A DNA stretch of 64,000 nt from a virus (Duplodnaviria; Caudoviricetes). How positions within the stretch are numbered: the first letter of the stretch is position 1; each line of letters begins with the position of its first letter. A program made the position numbers and the translations under genes. The DNA is taken from the IMG/VR virus record IMGVR_UViG_3300013121_000020, positions 1-64,000 of that record; one strand, written 5' to 3'. The notes under the pieces were generated by a model. The model ran no database searches. It was not told where the DNA came from and saw only the letters and a program-made list of their open reading frames with translations. Below are positions 9,104 through 18,501 of this stretch, one piece after another.

Positions 9104-9546
9104 AAATTGAATTATATGCTTCTGGAATTTCTAATAATGATGAAATTTCACCGTCGGCTGGGTGCGGTGTAGTGTTGTTTGCGATTGATGACTATAAACG
9201 AATACAATGTAGAGAAATGTCATTTGTTCTTGATAATAGCCCACAGTTGCTTGCTGATGTGCAAGCAACTCGTCTCGCTTTATCGTCAATTATTCCATCA
9301 ATGCGAAAACATTCATGTTTGTTATTCATAAATAATCAAAATGTTGCTGATTTTCTTACATCGTCAATAATTGTTAAAGAGATTGAAGATCAAATTTTTG
9401 AATTGAAGAGATGGTATGGATATTATAATGACATATCGATAAATTTATTGTCGACTACTAATCAACATTTTGAGTCGTCTAAAAATTTAGCGAAATTAGC
9501 GTTAGAATCACAAAAGCCTTTTGATTCTGGTACGTACGTTCTATAA
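9100..9546 (+). CDS. RNase H-like fold protein, probably catalytically degenerate
   Basis: IELYASG..AGCGVVL..LADVQATRLAL..LFINNQ..SKNLAKLAL follows the RNase HI layout with acidic residues replaced. Confidence 0.5.
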   Translation: MKIELYASGISNNDEISPSAGCGVVLFAIDDYKRIQCREMSFVLDNSPQLLADVQATRLALSSIIPSMRKHSCLLFINNQNVADFLTSSIIVKEIEDQIFELKRWYGYYNDISINLLSTTNQHFESSKNLAKLALESQKPFDSGTYVL

Positions 9547-9555
9547 GGAGATTAT

Positions 9556-9648
9556 ATGAATAAAGATGATTTATTTTCGTGGAAGGTTGGGTTTTTAGTG
9601 GTTGTGATAATTATTGCTGCGATTGGCTATTTACTGACAGGTAAGTAG
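9556..9648 (+). CDS. 30-aa single-pass membrane peptide (below ORF-track cutoff)
   Basis: AGGAG RBS; MNKDDLFSWKVGFLVVVIIIAAIGYLLTGK*. Confidence 0.55.
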   Translation: MNKDDLFSWKVGFLVVVIIIAAIGYLLTGK

Positions 9649-9690
9649 CCGCCACACGATAGAGTAAACTCTTCTATCGAGTGTCGCAAA

Positions 9691-10335
9691 ATGCTTGAAC
9701 AACAACTTCAGTCGTTGCGTGATGGTAAGTCTAAACGTGTTAAAGGTATTAATGTTAGACGTGATGGGTCACTATATATTATTGATGGTGACTCTCTAAC
9801 CATTGCTGAGGCTGTTGCACGACTAAACGAAACAGCTAAAGTCACAGGGATTGATTACGCATCGACTGCGTTTGTTGAAAAAACACCTGGAAACAATTCA
9901 CATACTTCTGGAATTGTTAAGATCCATCGTCTTAAGAGTAAAGCTGATCACACGGCTTTGGTGGAGGCGGTTAAAAGTCGCCGAAACTGTTTGTGGTATG
10001 GGAAGGTTGTGAGGGACGGTGGGCGTTGTTGGGTTCAGCCTCCACTAATTATTGATTTTGATAGTATCGATAGTGCAAAAACAACTGATGAGCCTGTTAT
10101 TGATGATAATGTGCTGTCTTGCCCGTTTTGTAATAAAGTAGTTTCGTCAACATCGGGCCGCACTTTACATGTTAAATATGAACACCCAGCGCGAATGGAT
10201 GAGTATGTTAAATTGATGTCGAAAAAGGCTTCTAGCGGTGATTCTTCTAGCGGCGATTCTTTACAATGCTCTGTGTGTGGAAAGAAGTGTTCTAGTACTT
10301 CTGGGTTTACTCTTCACATGAAGAAGCATTCATAA
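9691..10335 (+). CDS. Protein with two C2H2-type zinc fingers
   Basis: CPFCNKVVSSTSGRTLHVKYEH and CSVCGKKCSSTSGFTLHMKKH. Confidence 0.75.
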   Translation: MLEQQLQSLRDGKSKRVKGINVRRDGSLYIIDGDSLTIAEAVARLNETAKVTGIDYASTAFVEKTPGNNSHTSGIVKIHRLKSKADHTALVEAVKSRRNCLWYGKVVRDGGRCWVQPPLIIDFDSIDSAKTTDEPVIDDNVLSCPFCNKVVSSTSGRTLHVKYEHPARMDEYVKLMSKKASSGDSSSGDSLQCSVCGKKCSSTSGFTLHMKKHS

Positions 10336-10639
10336 TACTATTTGGATATTCTGCAAACCATGCTGATATAATATTTGCCCAATGTTCTAGTTTATGTTGT
10401 GGGATAATGTATGTTAATGGTATCCCATCAGCAATTAATCCTTGCTTTCCTAGTTCTAATGTGCATGCGTCATATATAACTGGTCCAGATGGGCTTTGCA
10501 GTGTTGATTTATCAATTGTCAGTATTCTACATTTTATGAATGGTGTTGGTGGTGCGACATCAATGAATTGAAGTACTACCCAAAATGGAACAAATACTTC
10601 TTCATTTATTTCGAAATGGTGCTCATTTGTCAAATTCAT
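10307..10639 (-). CDS. Hypothetical protein
   Basis: 110-aa ORF downstream of Rrf2 gene. Confidence 0.5.
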   Translation of the reverse strand: MNLTNEHHFEINEEVFVPFWVVLQFIDVAPPTPFIKCRILTIDKSTLQSPSGPVIYDACTLELGKQGLIADGIPLTYIIPQHKLEHWANIISAWFAEYPNSIMNASSCEE

Positions 10640-10979
10640 AGAAATCTTCTACATATAGCGATGAGATTGCTTTTTTCAGTTTATCACAAAATTTATATAG
10701 CAGCGCATCAGTTTTTGGCATGCCACATACATCAAGAACATCCGCAATTGTGATTTTATTAATTGGCCTTGATAAATTATATCCAGTTTCTGATGATGTT
10801 AATAATCCAATTTTAGTCATTCGTGGTAAGATTTTTTGAATATATGTTAACGATGGGTGTATTTTTCCATATTGTTGAATGATAGCAGAGATGCTTTTTG
10901 AATCATGTTTTTGTTTGTTGTTGTGAAACACTCTTAATATTTCTAGAGTATATTCTAATCCTTTCATTCCTTTGATCAT
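10623..10979 (-). CDS. Rrf2-family winged-helix transcriptional regulator
   Basis: EYTLEIL..SKSIS..SLTYIQKILPRMTKIGLLTS..GYNLSRPINKITIADVL. Confidence 0.75.
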   Translation of the reverse strand: MIKGMKGLEYTLEILRVFHNNKQKHDSKSISAIIQQYGKIHPSLTYIQKILPRMTKIGLLTSSETGYNLSRPINKITIADVLDVCGMPKTDALLYKFCDKLKKAISSLYVEDFYEFDK

Positions 10980-10992
10980 CAGACTCTCCGTG

Positions 10993-11421
10993 TTAGCGAA
11001 CTTTTTCTATTAATTTCATAACGTTTTTGTAAAGTTTTAATCCTTTCATTTCTTTTAATGAAAAGAATCCAAGAGCCGCAAATTCGTGGTTATTGTTGAA
11101 TTTTTGGCCAGCACGTGCGCGGCAGTGAACAAACGCGACTCCTTTTACAGATGGAAGCGTAAATGGTTTTCCAATTGCTGAACAACGTATGCCGGTTTCT
11201 TCTCTGACTTCACGCACAGCAGCTTTTTCTGCTGATTCGTTGTCTCTAATACCACCACCAGGAAAGCACCAAGTATTTGCTCGATCATCGGTCGCGCGGG
11301 CCAATCCTAATAACCATTTATTTCTGCATTGGACTACACCAACTGCGGCGGTAAAATCACCATCAAATTTCTCATTTAAAATGTGTTCTAAGATTAGTTC
11401 AAATTTCATTATTTTATCCAT
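10993..11421 (-). CDS. NUDIX hydrolase
   Basis: Nudix box PGGGIRDNESAEKAAVREVREETG; start probably 11421 or 11409 (track ORF starts at 11592). Confidence 0.85.
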   Translation of the reverse strand: MDKIMKFELILEHILNEKFDGDFTAAVGVVQCRNKWLLGLARATDDRANTWCFPGGGIRDNESAEKAAVREVREETGIRCSAIGKPFTLPSVKGVAFVHCRARAGQKFNNNHEFAALGFFSLKEMKGLKLYKNVMKLIEKVR

Positions 11422-11484
11422 GTGTTGACTGTTGTGTTTATTTTTTCTTTCACTTCTGTTGTAATACAATCGTTGATAGCTAAG

Positions 11485-11496
11485 CAAATATAAATA
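11485..11496 (+). promoter_or_regulatory. Candidate late promoter (CAAATATAAATA, containing the T4-type TATAAATA)
   Basis: About 23 nt upstream of ATG 11519; CAAATATA also precedes genes at 31531(-) and 60503(+). Confidence 0.35.
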
Positions 11497-11518
11497 GACA
11501 CACACAGGGTATATAACA

Positions 11519-12994
11519 ATGACATTATCACCATCGCTTGTTGATAAAATTAATGCTCGTTTTGTAAATGATGCTGATGTGGGAGAACTCATTTCTAAAG
11601 CACGCTCCGCAGCGCGTTTTGATAGTCAGCAAGAATTTGCTAATCATTTGTTCGAAGGCTCATTATTAAATGTGTCAGTTATCGGATCGAAGGCACTTTC
11701 GGTGCCGTGTGGTGAATATATGGTTTGGATGACCGATGCCGGACATACTGTTTTATTTCCAACCGGCAAGTCTTCTGATCGTGAAGTGTTTGAAAACAAT
11801 CGAGAACATTACGAAGTTCAAACTCGCGATTTGATGGCTAATTGGAATAAAATTGAAAGAGTGCTTGCAGAGGATTCATCTCAAGATGATTATTTTGAAA
11901 ATGAACAAGATGATGAACTTGAAGATGAAGATGATAATGAATTTGAAGACGGTGATCCAGATGAGGATAAAGCCAATGAATTTACATCTAAAATAGATGC
12001 ATCTACTGTCGATAGAACTCCGATCATGCGAGCAATGCAAGATCGCGGTTATACTGTGACCAGCCTAGCCGATGAGGTTGGTGTCGATCCACCAGCTATT
12101 AGTAGAATTTTGAGAACTCCGAAGGATGTCCAAGGAGATCCTGGCGGAAGAAATCCAAGTATGGGTTTAGCTTCTCAAATCTGCAATGCTTTACGCATTG
12201 ACCCCACATCAGCATTCCCAGATATATTCAGCGCTGATAAATATGAGGCAAGAAATAGTCCTGGCAATGTTGGATCTGGCGATCATGGCCACCATGGTAA
12301 GGGTGAAGTTTCTAAACTTAATGAATCAATTGAAATTATGGAAGCGGTAGAGAATTGTCGCGTTTTGTGTGAAATGGTTGATATTTCTAAAATGCCGTTC
12401 AATGTTTTTTGGGAAAATATTTTGTGGCCATCATTATCGTCTATTAATAAGAACACTAGTTTGAATGAGTTTATTGATAAATTGCGCCATCACAATATAT
12501 TAACCGAATGGTGGTTCACTGATAAGAATGCTAAGAATGCCAAAAATACCAAGAGTGCTGTTGCAGATTATCAGCAACGTGGGTTTGACAATTTTGCTGC
12601 TGATGCTGAACGCATTAAAAGTGCGGCAGATAAGATGAATAAAGCAATTATGCCATCAATTAAACAAGCGTTTAAAGATACTATGGATCAATTGAAGCAT
12701 AAATTGCAACAAGCTCAATTGGATGTTACAATAGCCAATCCAAAGTTGGCACCACATGCATGGGAAATTATTAATCGTTTTTATAAGACAGTTATGCAAG
12801 CTGGGCAGAATTATGCACCACAATGGAAATTAAGTGACAATAAGCAAACGCGATATGATGCGGCTTATCAAAAAGCACGTAGTGATTTTGAACAAACAAG
12901 AAGTCACGGGCAGGCACAGCCACAAGCTGTGAGTGCACCACAGCCAGCACAACAAACACCCGCAGCACAACCAGACGCAAACACTAACACTTAA
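11519..12994 (+). CDS. XRE-type HTH domain protein with acidic linker, possibly head-packaged
   Basis: MQDRGYTVTSLADEVGVDPPAISRIL...PSMGLASQICNALRID; several L-x-E motifs. Confidence 0.7.
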   Translation: MTLSPSLVDKINARFVNDADVGELISKARSAARFDSQQEFANHLFEGSLLNVSVIGSKALSVPCGEYMVWMTDAGHTVLFPTGKSSDREVFENNREHYEVQTRDLMANWNKIERVLAEDSSQDDYFENEQDDELEDEDDNEFEDGDPDEDKANEFTSKIDASTVDRTPIMRAMQDRGYTVTSLADEVGVDPPAISRILRTPKDVQGDPGGRNPSMGLASQICNALRIDPTSAFPDIFSADKYEARNSPGNVGSGDHGHHGKGEVSKLNESIEIMEAVENCRVLCEMVDISKMPFNVFWENILWPSLSSINKNTSLNEFIDKLRHHNILTEWWFTDKNAKNAKNTKSAVADYQQRGFDNFAADAERIKSAADKMNKAIMPSIKQAFKDTMDQLKHKLQQAQLDVTIANPKLAPHAWEIINRFYKTVMQAGQNYAPQWKLSDNKQTRYDAAYQKARSDFEQTRSHGQAQPQAVSAPQPAQQTPAAQPDANTNT

Positions 12995-13000
12995 AATAAT

Positions 13001-13375
13001 ATGAAATTGAATAGCATTAGATTATCTACTAGACGTTCTAATATTGTCCTTGAAATGGATGATATGGAGAAGCCGCTCACTTCTGTTGAAATTAAAAAAC
13101 AAGCGGAGGATTTAGTTGGAGACGAGAATAATATATCTAGCAATATGACAGATCAAATGAAAAAACAGCAAGAAATGGAAAAGCAGATGCAGACGCAAAA
13201 AGAGCGAATGCTGATGCCACAGATGAAGCAATTACAACAATCGATGCATAAATTAAATGTTGATGTTTTGCAAGGAAAGCAAGCCACTGAAACTGGCGAT
13301 GAAAAATTTGATTCTTTGGAAAAAGAAATGACAAACATCAACTCATTGATTGGAAATCTTCAAAAGCAGATTTAA
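13001..13375 (+). CDS. Coiled-coil hypothetical protein
   Basis: Q/M/K-rich heptads. Confidence 0.6.
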   Translation: MKLNSIRLSTRRSNIVLEMDDMEKPLTSVEIKKQAEDLVGDENNISSNMTDQMKKQQEMEKQMQTQKERMLMPQMKQLQQSMHKLNVDVLQGKQATETGDEKFDSLEKEMTNINSLIGNLQKQI

Positions 13376-13694
13376 ACTTTTTCCATTGTCCATTTCTATA
13401 AATTAAATAAATTTCACCACCAGTTTCTGGTCCTTTATATATTATTGCGTCTTGATTATATTGTAGGCCAATGTTTAACGCAGATTTCAAATCGATACTA
13501 TAAACTAATACTGCTGGTTCAAATACACCTTTCCATTTGCCAATGATTTTAACACCATAAATGCCACGTTTTGCTAGAGTTGATTTTAATTGAGATAAAC
13601 GAGCGGCATTTTGCGATGGTGTGTTACCATGGCGATAACTGGTTATTATCGCATATTGCTGATTTGGTATTCTGTTTATATCTATCAGTTTCAT
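13338..13694 (-). CDS. DUF3293-like protein
   Basis: YAIITSY..N..R...L..L..G.W..EPAVLV...GLQYNQDAIIY. Confidence 0.55.
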   Translation of the reverse strand: MKLIDINRIPNQQYAIITSYRHGNTPSQNAARLSQLKSTLAKRGIYGVKIIGKWKGVFEPAVLVYSIDLKSALNIGLQYNQDAIIYKGPETGGEIYLIYRNGQWKKFKSAFEDFQSMS

Positions 13695-13761
13695 ACTGTA
13701 TTTTTATGTTAACTATGTTATGTGTAGATGCCACATGCGATTGTTGGCTTTTTACCAATGG

Positions 13762-16725
13762 ATGATCAATATGAATATTGTTCCGTTTGATGAATCATTT
13801 ACACCAGAAACTGGTTATTATCGCATTCGAAAGAATAATGAAAGTTATGGGTTTATCGAGGGGGAGTTAGTATATGTATATGCTGGTGAATCAGCATACC
13901 ATGTGTTTTTTGGCAACAATGAACTAATATATTCATATAATGCGGAGTGTGATGAATTTAATGAACATTTTGAATTTGTTCCTGATGGGTTGATGATTAG
14001 ACAACAGCAAATCGCGAAGTTGATTGGTGAACTATCAACTATCGATTTTGATATGATTAATACCCAAAAGTCTATATCTGGGTTTGCACCGCATGTAGAA
14101 AATGGTGAACTTTCCACATCAACTGCTTTGGTTCCTGCTGGATCGTCTGTTGATGTTGTCAAAAAAGTGGTCGCTGATGTTCGCAATTCAACTTTGAAGT
14201 TAAAAAAGGATATGGAATCGAAAACCACGTTGCTTAAAGCGTGGGTTGGAGAACAAAGTCGGGCTTTAGAAGTAAAAGCCAAAGAGATGATGAGAGTTGT
14301 TAAAAAGATGGAGGAAGCGATTTGGACTATTAATTTATATCTTGGTAGAGATGAACAAATTCACATATTGCGTACTGGTAAACCAGCATCTGAAGATAAA
14401 AAGATTTCTATAAGACAAAGTGTTTGTTATATGGATGAAGAATGTGCAATAGATGCTGCTTATGGTGGGATTGATGTTACGACCATTGAAGAATTTGATA
14501 GATGGTTATTAGAAGATAGTAAAAATCTTAATCGTGTGTTGCCAGAAACAAAAGGAATTGTTGCATTACATATTAGACGTTCCGAGAAGAAATATAGCGA
14601 AAACCGCTTTGAGAATAGTCATGCCAATCACGCCAATTTATCCTGGACATATTTTCTTATAAGAAATGGTGAAAATTTATATAGAGTATATGTTGACATA
14701 AATACTGATAGTGTTTTATTTCCATTGAAGTCTGAATTTGATGATTTATTTACTGTTGTTGAAGAAGATTTAGATGATCCAACGCGTCCAGCTATTAAGC
14801 GGCCGTTGAAACCGGGTAGTGATAAATATATGGCCGCACTAAAACGTGCGGAAGCAAGTCGTCAATATTATTTTAGAATTATGTTGGTTTTGCAAGGATT
14901 GATGGATCGTACACCAATTTTTAGCCCAATGCCTATTGAGAGGATAAATTTATGCGATCCACGACATTGCGATCAATGGATCGATTTTATCTATGATGTT
15001 GACAACGTTGTTACTGATGGTAAGCCATTGTTCTATAAATGGCAAAATGATATTAATTCGCAATTGGATGTTGGTGTTCGTATTATTGGTGCCTTCGCTG
15101 GTGCTGGATTATATGGTGGAAAATACGAATCATGTAGAATATATCCAACTAGAGCTAGTTTGCCAAGTTCAGAGATGCTGCATATAATTGAAGACAAAGA
15201 AATTGACAATGGTAAAGAGAAATATATTTTCCGATATCATAGAAACGATTCGATTTATAGTCGGGAACGTGGGTATGTTGATTCAACGGTGCGTGCTCGA
15301 TGTTGGGTACTAAATTCTGATAGATTTATTCTAAATTTTGATGCTGCGACAATAGAGGATATGAGATATTATATTGATCATCGATTGAGCCGCGATGAAT
15401 ATCAGCATATGGTTCCGTTATTAAAGATCGCTATTGAACTTAAATTAAAGGAGGCATCAGAAGAAGCACCATTTCGACGTATGTTGGTAGGTCAAATTAT
15501 GCAAAGATGTGGGGTATCACAAACACAAGCAGAAGATAAAATCGATGAATTGATCAAATGGTGGAAATTTAAAAATCGCACACATCGAGCTTTGTTATCA
15601 GACGATGTTAAAGCAACATCTATGATAATTGATGAATTTAAATTCCGCCAAAAACAATCTGCTGTTCGTGAACAGATAAACAGCACCCAACTTCAAAACG
15701 CCATACTCGCTGTTGTTGGTGCACAAACGCCACCACCAGTTCTAATAGCTCATAAAAGTGATAATAAATATGTTGCATATGTGCCACATAACGACTCTAA
15801 TGTGTGGGTGATTGAACAAACATGGGTTCATAATCGTCAAACTGGCGATATCACTATGAAAGATTCGAAGGATTGGAAAGTTGTTGATAAACGTCATGAA
15901 CGATGGGAAATCATCTATAAACATGATAGATGGCATACGTGGGAGATTTTACCACGCATGTCGGAAATTTTAACAGATCCAGAAATCGCTCATGTTGTGG
16001 AATTAGGTATAGATCGCGTTCGTGATTATCAGGAACGCACCAAATTAAAACGTAATAATGATCGTATTAGATTTATACCTTTGTATGTTGTTCGCGATGG
16101 TTTTAATATTAATTTATGGTATTCAAGTAAGAAACCACATTTACCAGTAAGCAACATTATAACGAATAAGTACTCATATCCTGAGATTTCGCGTGTTTGT
16201 TTTAAATGGAAAAGAACTAAAGATGGTGTTTCACAACATTTAAGTGATATTCGTCAATATGGGCTTGGTGATATTATAGAACATTTGAATTTGTTGCAAC
16301 ATGATGAGTCGAAGTGTGTTATTAAAATGTGGGAAGAAAATGTTAATACTATTCGTTGTGAATATGATATTGTGAAAGACCATATTCAATTAATAGATGA
16401 GTTATCAGATCGATGTTATGATGTAATTACTGATCTTATTCAAACGGTGCGTTCTCAGAAAATAATTGATGCTCGTGTTAAATTTGACGCTGATTATGGT
16501 GATCCAGAATTGTGGGATGATTACTTTAAATCGTTGAAGATTGATAATCAATATTTGTTTAATAGTCATGCATTTAGAGGACTTTTATATCAGTTTGTAG
16601 AACGATCGATTGATATTGATGGATGGACAGTGCAACAAGTGTATGATAAAGCGTTAGAAATGAAGTTAATTAAAGAAATTGATAAAGATATACCAACCAA
16701 TTATGTCATTAAACTGAAACAATAG
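13762..16725 (+). CDS. Large (about 990-aa) hypothetical protein with N-terminal coiled coil
   Basis: Long ORF; YMDEEC..GG, IRNGENLYR, WWKFKN blocks; start uncertain (13720/13762/13771). Confidence 0.7.
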   Translation: MINMNIVPFDESFTPETGYYRIRKNNESYGFIEGELVYVYAGESAYHVFFGNNELIYSYNAECDEFNEHFEFVPDGLMIRQQQIAKLIGELSTIDFDMINTQKSISGFAPHVENGELSTSTALVPAGSSVDVVKKVVADVRNSTLKLKKDMESKTTLLKAWVGEQSRALEVKAKEMMRVVKKMEEAIWTINLYLGRDEQIHILRTGKPASEDKKISIRQSVCYMDEECAIDAAYGGIDVTTIEEFDRWLLEDSKNLNRVLPETKGIVALHIRRSEKKYSENRFENSHANHANLSWTYFLIRNGENLYRVYVDINTDSVLFPLKSEFDDLFTVVEEDLDDPTRPAIKRPLKPGSDKYMAALKRAEASRQYYFRIMLVLQGLMDRTPIFSPMPIERINLCDPRHCDQWIDFIYDVDNVVTDGKPLFYKWQNDINSQLDVGVRIIGAFAGAGLYGGKYESCRIYPTRASLPSSEMLHIIEDKEIDNGKEKYIFRYHRNDSIYSRERGYVDSTVRARCWVLNSDRFILNFDAATIEDMRYYIDHRLSRDEYQHMVPLLKIAIELKLKEASEEAPFRRMLVGQIMQRCGVSQTQAEDKIDELIKWWKFKNRTHRALLSDDVKATSMIIDEFKFRQKQSAVREQINSTQLQNAILAVVGAQTPPPVLIAHKSDNKYVAYVPHNDSNVWVIEQTWVHNRQTGDITMKDSKDWKVVDKRHERWEIIYKHDRWHTWEILPRMSEILTDPEIAHVVELGIDRVRDYQERTKLKRNNDRIRFIPLYVVRDGFNINLWYSSKKPHLPVSNIITNKYSYPEISRVCFKWKRTKDGVSQHLSDIRQYGLGDIIEHLNLLQHDESKCVIKMWEENVNTIRCEYDIVKDHIQLIDELSDRCYDVITDLIQTVRSQKIIDARVKFDADYGDPELWDDYFKSLKIDNQYLFNSHAFRGLLYQFVERSIDIDGWTVQQVYDKALEMKLIKEIDKDIPTNYVIKLKQ

Positions 16726-16770
16726 TTTGATGTGTTTTTATGATAATAGCTAATCAAAAGAGGATATATT

Positions 16771-17985
16771 ATGCGTGAAATAGATAATGTTAACGATTTT
16801 AAGTTTGATTATAAAATCGTTAAACTTAGCGATATACAACTCGATGTTGCTATGGACCTATCGCAGCAAGAATGTGCGATAATGGGTATGTCTCCTAGTG
16901 TGATGCCAGTTCACGGCGGAAGACGTGTTAAACGCATTTTGATTGATGGCGAACCATTATATCCAACTGGCCGATTTTGGGCTAGCTTGTATGCCAAATT
17001 TGGCTTAAATAATGCGTTTTTTAAGTTTTTTGATCATGTTGAAGTTCTTACACGCATTAACGAACGTGAAGCGAATGATAAGATCAGAATTACAATTGAA
17101 CGCAATGTCAATACTGGCAATAGTAGATTGTTGGCTGCAACTGGTGTGAACAAACCGGTGGTCGTGTATGATGATTTGTTGGATATAATTGGATCGCTTG
17201 AGTCGGACAACAAATCATTGCGATATCATGATGGTATATTTGTAAGCACGCATACACCACGTATTGGCCAAAACAATTTTAAGATTGCTGGAGACGATTT
17301 TTCCAATCAATATAAATTGCATTGCCCAGTTGACGGATTTGGCAACCCGTCAATTTATTTGTCGTTGTTGCGATGGATATGTTCTAATGGTGCTGTTGGT
17401 TTTGCGAATGCATTTAAAACAACACTTATGTTGGGAAGTGGTGGGGATAGCACTAGATTTGCGCTTAAACGTGCGCTTGATTCTTTTGCGAATGATGAAG
17501 GTTATGCAATGATGCGTTCTCGATTTGAGGCAGCAACTCGTTCGTGGGCGTCGATTCGGGAACACAATGATTTATATCGAACATTGCTTAACCTTCAAAG
17601 AGATCCTGTTTTATATGATAGCATTAAGAATTGGGATAAAACAACCAATGAGGAAGCTAGTGTTAGCGTGGCTAACTCATTATTAAAAGCGTTTGGGAGA
17701 ATGGCTGGCAATCCGTTTGAAACTCATAAAATTGATCCTAATATGATGAGCGATAAAAAGCGTAGAGTATTGCCAGTTCAATGTAAAGTATATGACATGA
17801 TAAATTTCGCCACCGAACTTGCAACTCATCATGTTAGTGAGTCTGGGGCGCGTTCTCTTCAAGCTTGGGTTGGTCACATGATATCTAATGATTACGATCT
17901 TGAAGATTCCGCCGATGAATTTAGTAGTTGGCGTGATGTTTTCTTGTCGAAACTGTCACACGACAAGGAAACTGTTACCTCGTGA
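16771..17985 (+). CDS. DUF932-like protein
   Basis: LLRWICSNGAV motif; GAGG RBS. Confidence 0.5.
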   Translation: MREIDNVNDFKFDYKIVKLSDIQLDVAMDLSQQECAIMGMSPSVMPVHGGRRVKRILIDGEPLYPTGRFWASLYAKFGLNNAFFKFFDHVEVLTRINEREANDKIRITIERNVNTGNSRLLAATGVNKPVVVYDDLLDIIGSLESDNKSLRYHDGIFVSTHTPRIGQNNFKIAGDDFSNQYKLHCPVDGFGNPSIYLSLLRWICSNGAVGFANAFKTTLMLGSGGDSTRFALKRALDSFANDEGYAMMRSRFEAATRSWASIREHNDLYRTLLNLQRDPVLYDSIKNWDKTTNEEASVSVANSLLKAFGRMAGNPFETHKIDPNMMSDKKRRVLPVQCKVYDMINFATELATHHVSESGARSLQAWVGHMISNDYDLEDSADEFSSWRDVFLSKLSHDKETVTS

Positions 17986-18494
17986 CGTTTGTGAGAACAA
18001 ATATGCAAGATTTGATGGTGCTTAGTCCGTCCCAAAGAACGATTTATACAATGCTTGTTGAGGGAAAGTCTCATGCCAGCATAAATCGTGCTCTTGGGTT
18101 GCGCCCTGGTATATTGAATGCACAAATTACGCGCATTCGTAAATATATGCCGATACCCGGCGATGATGACTATGGAAGACAAGCAAATCCCGCCCATGTT
18201 TCACCATCTGATTTAAAACCAGTTGGTGATACATCTCGTCCTGTTGGGACTGGTGCGTCTTCAAATGAGCAAATTGTTCGAGAGCTTAGTGGGCAGGCAC
18301 TAACCGCAGATCAATTGGTTGAATTGTCAAAGAAAGTTGGCGGTAATGTTGCTCGTGATATACACCCAATGATCTTGTTGGGTATTACAATCCAATTTGT
18401 TAGAATGTGTGGTGGGCGAATGATCGCCCACCAAGTTATTGAGGATGTGTATGACGCTCTTAAATCTTTTGTTAATGACGGTTCCGTGCAATAA
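17982..18494 (+). CDS. HTH (LuxR/sigma-4-like) protein
   Basis: LSPSQRTIYTMLVEGKSHASINRALGL..QITRIRK. Confidence 0.5.
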   Translation: MTFVRTNMQDLMVLSPSQRTIYTMLVEGKSHASINRALGLRPGILNAQITRIRKYMPIPGDDDYGRQANPAHVSPSDLKPVGDTSRPVGTGASSNEQIVRELSGQALTADQLVELSKKVGGNVARDIHPMILLGITIQFVRMCGGRMIAHQVIEDVYDALKSFVNDGSVQ

Positions 18495-18501
18495 CAAAAG
18501 A

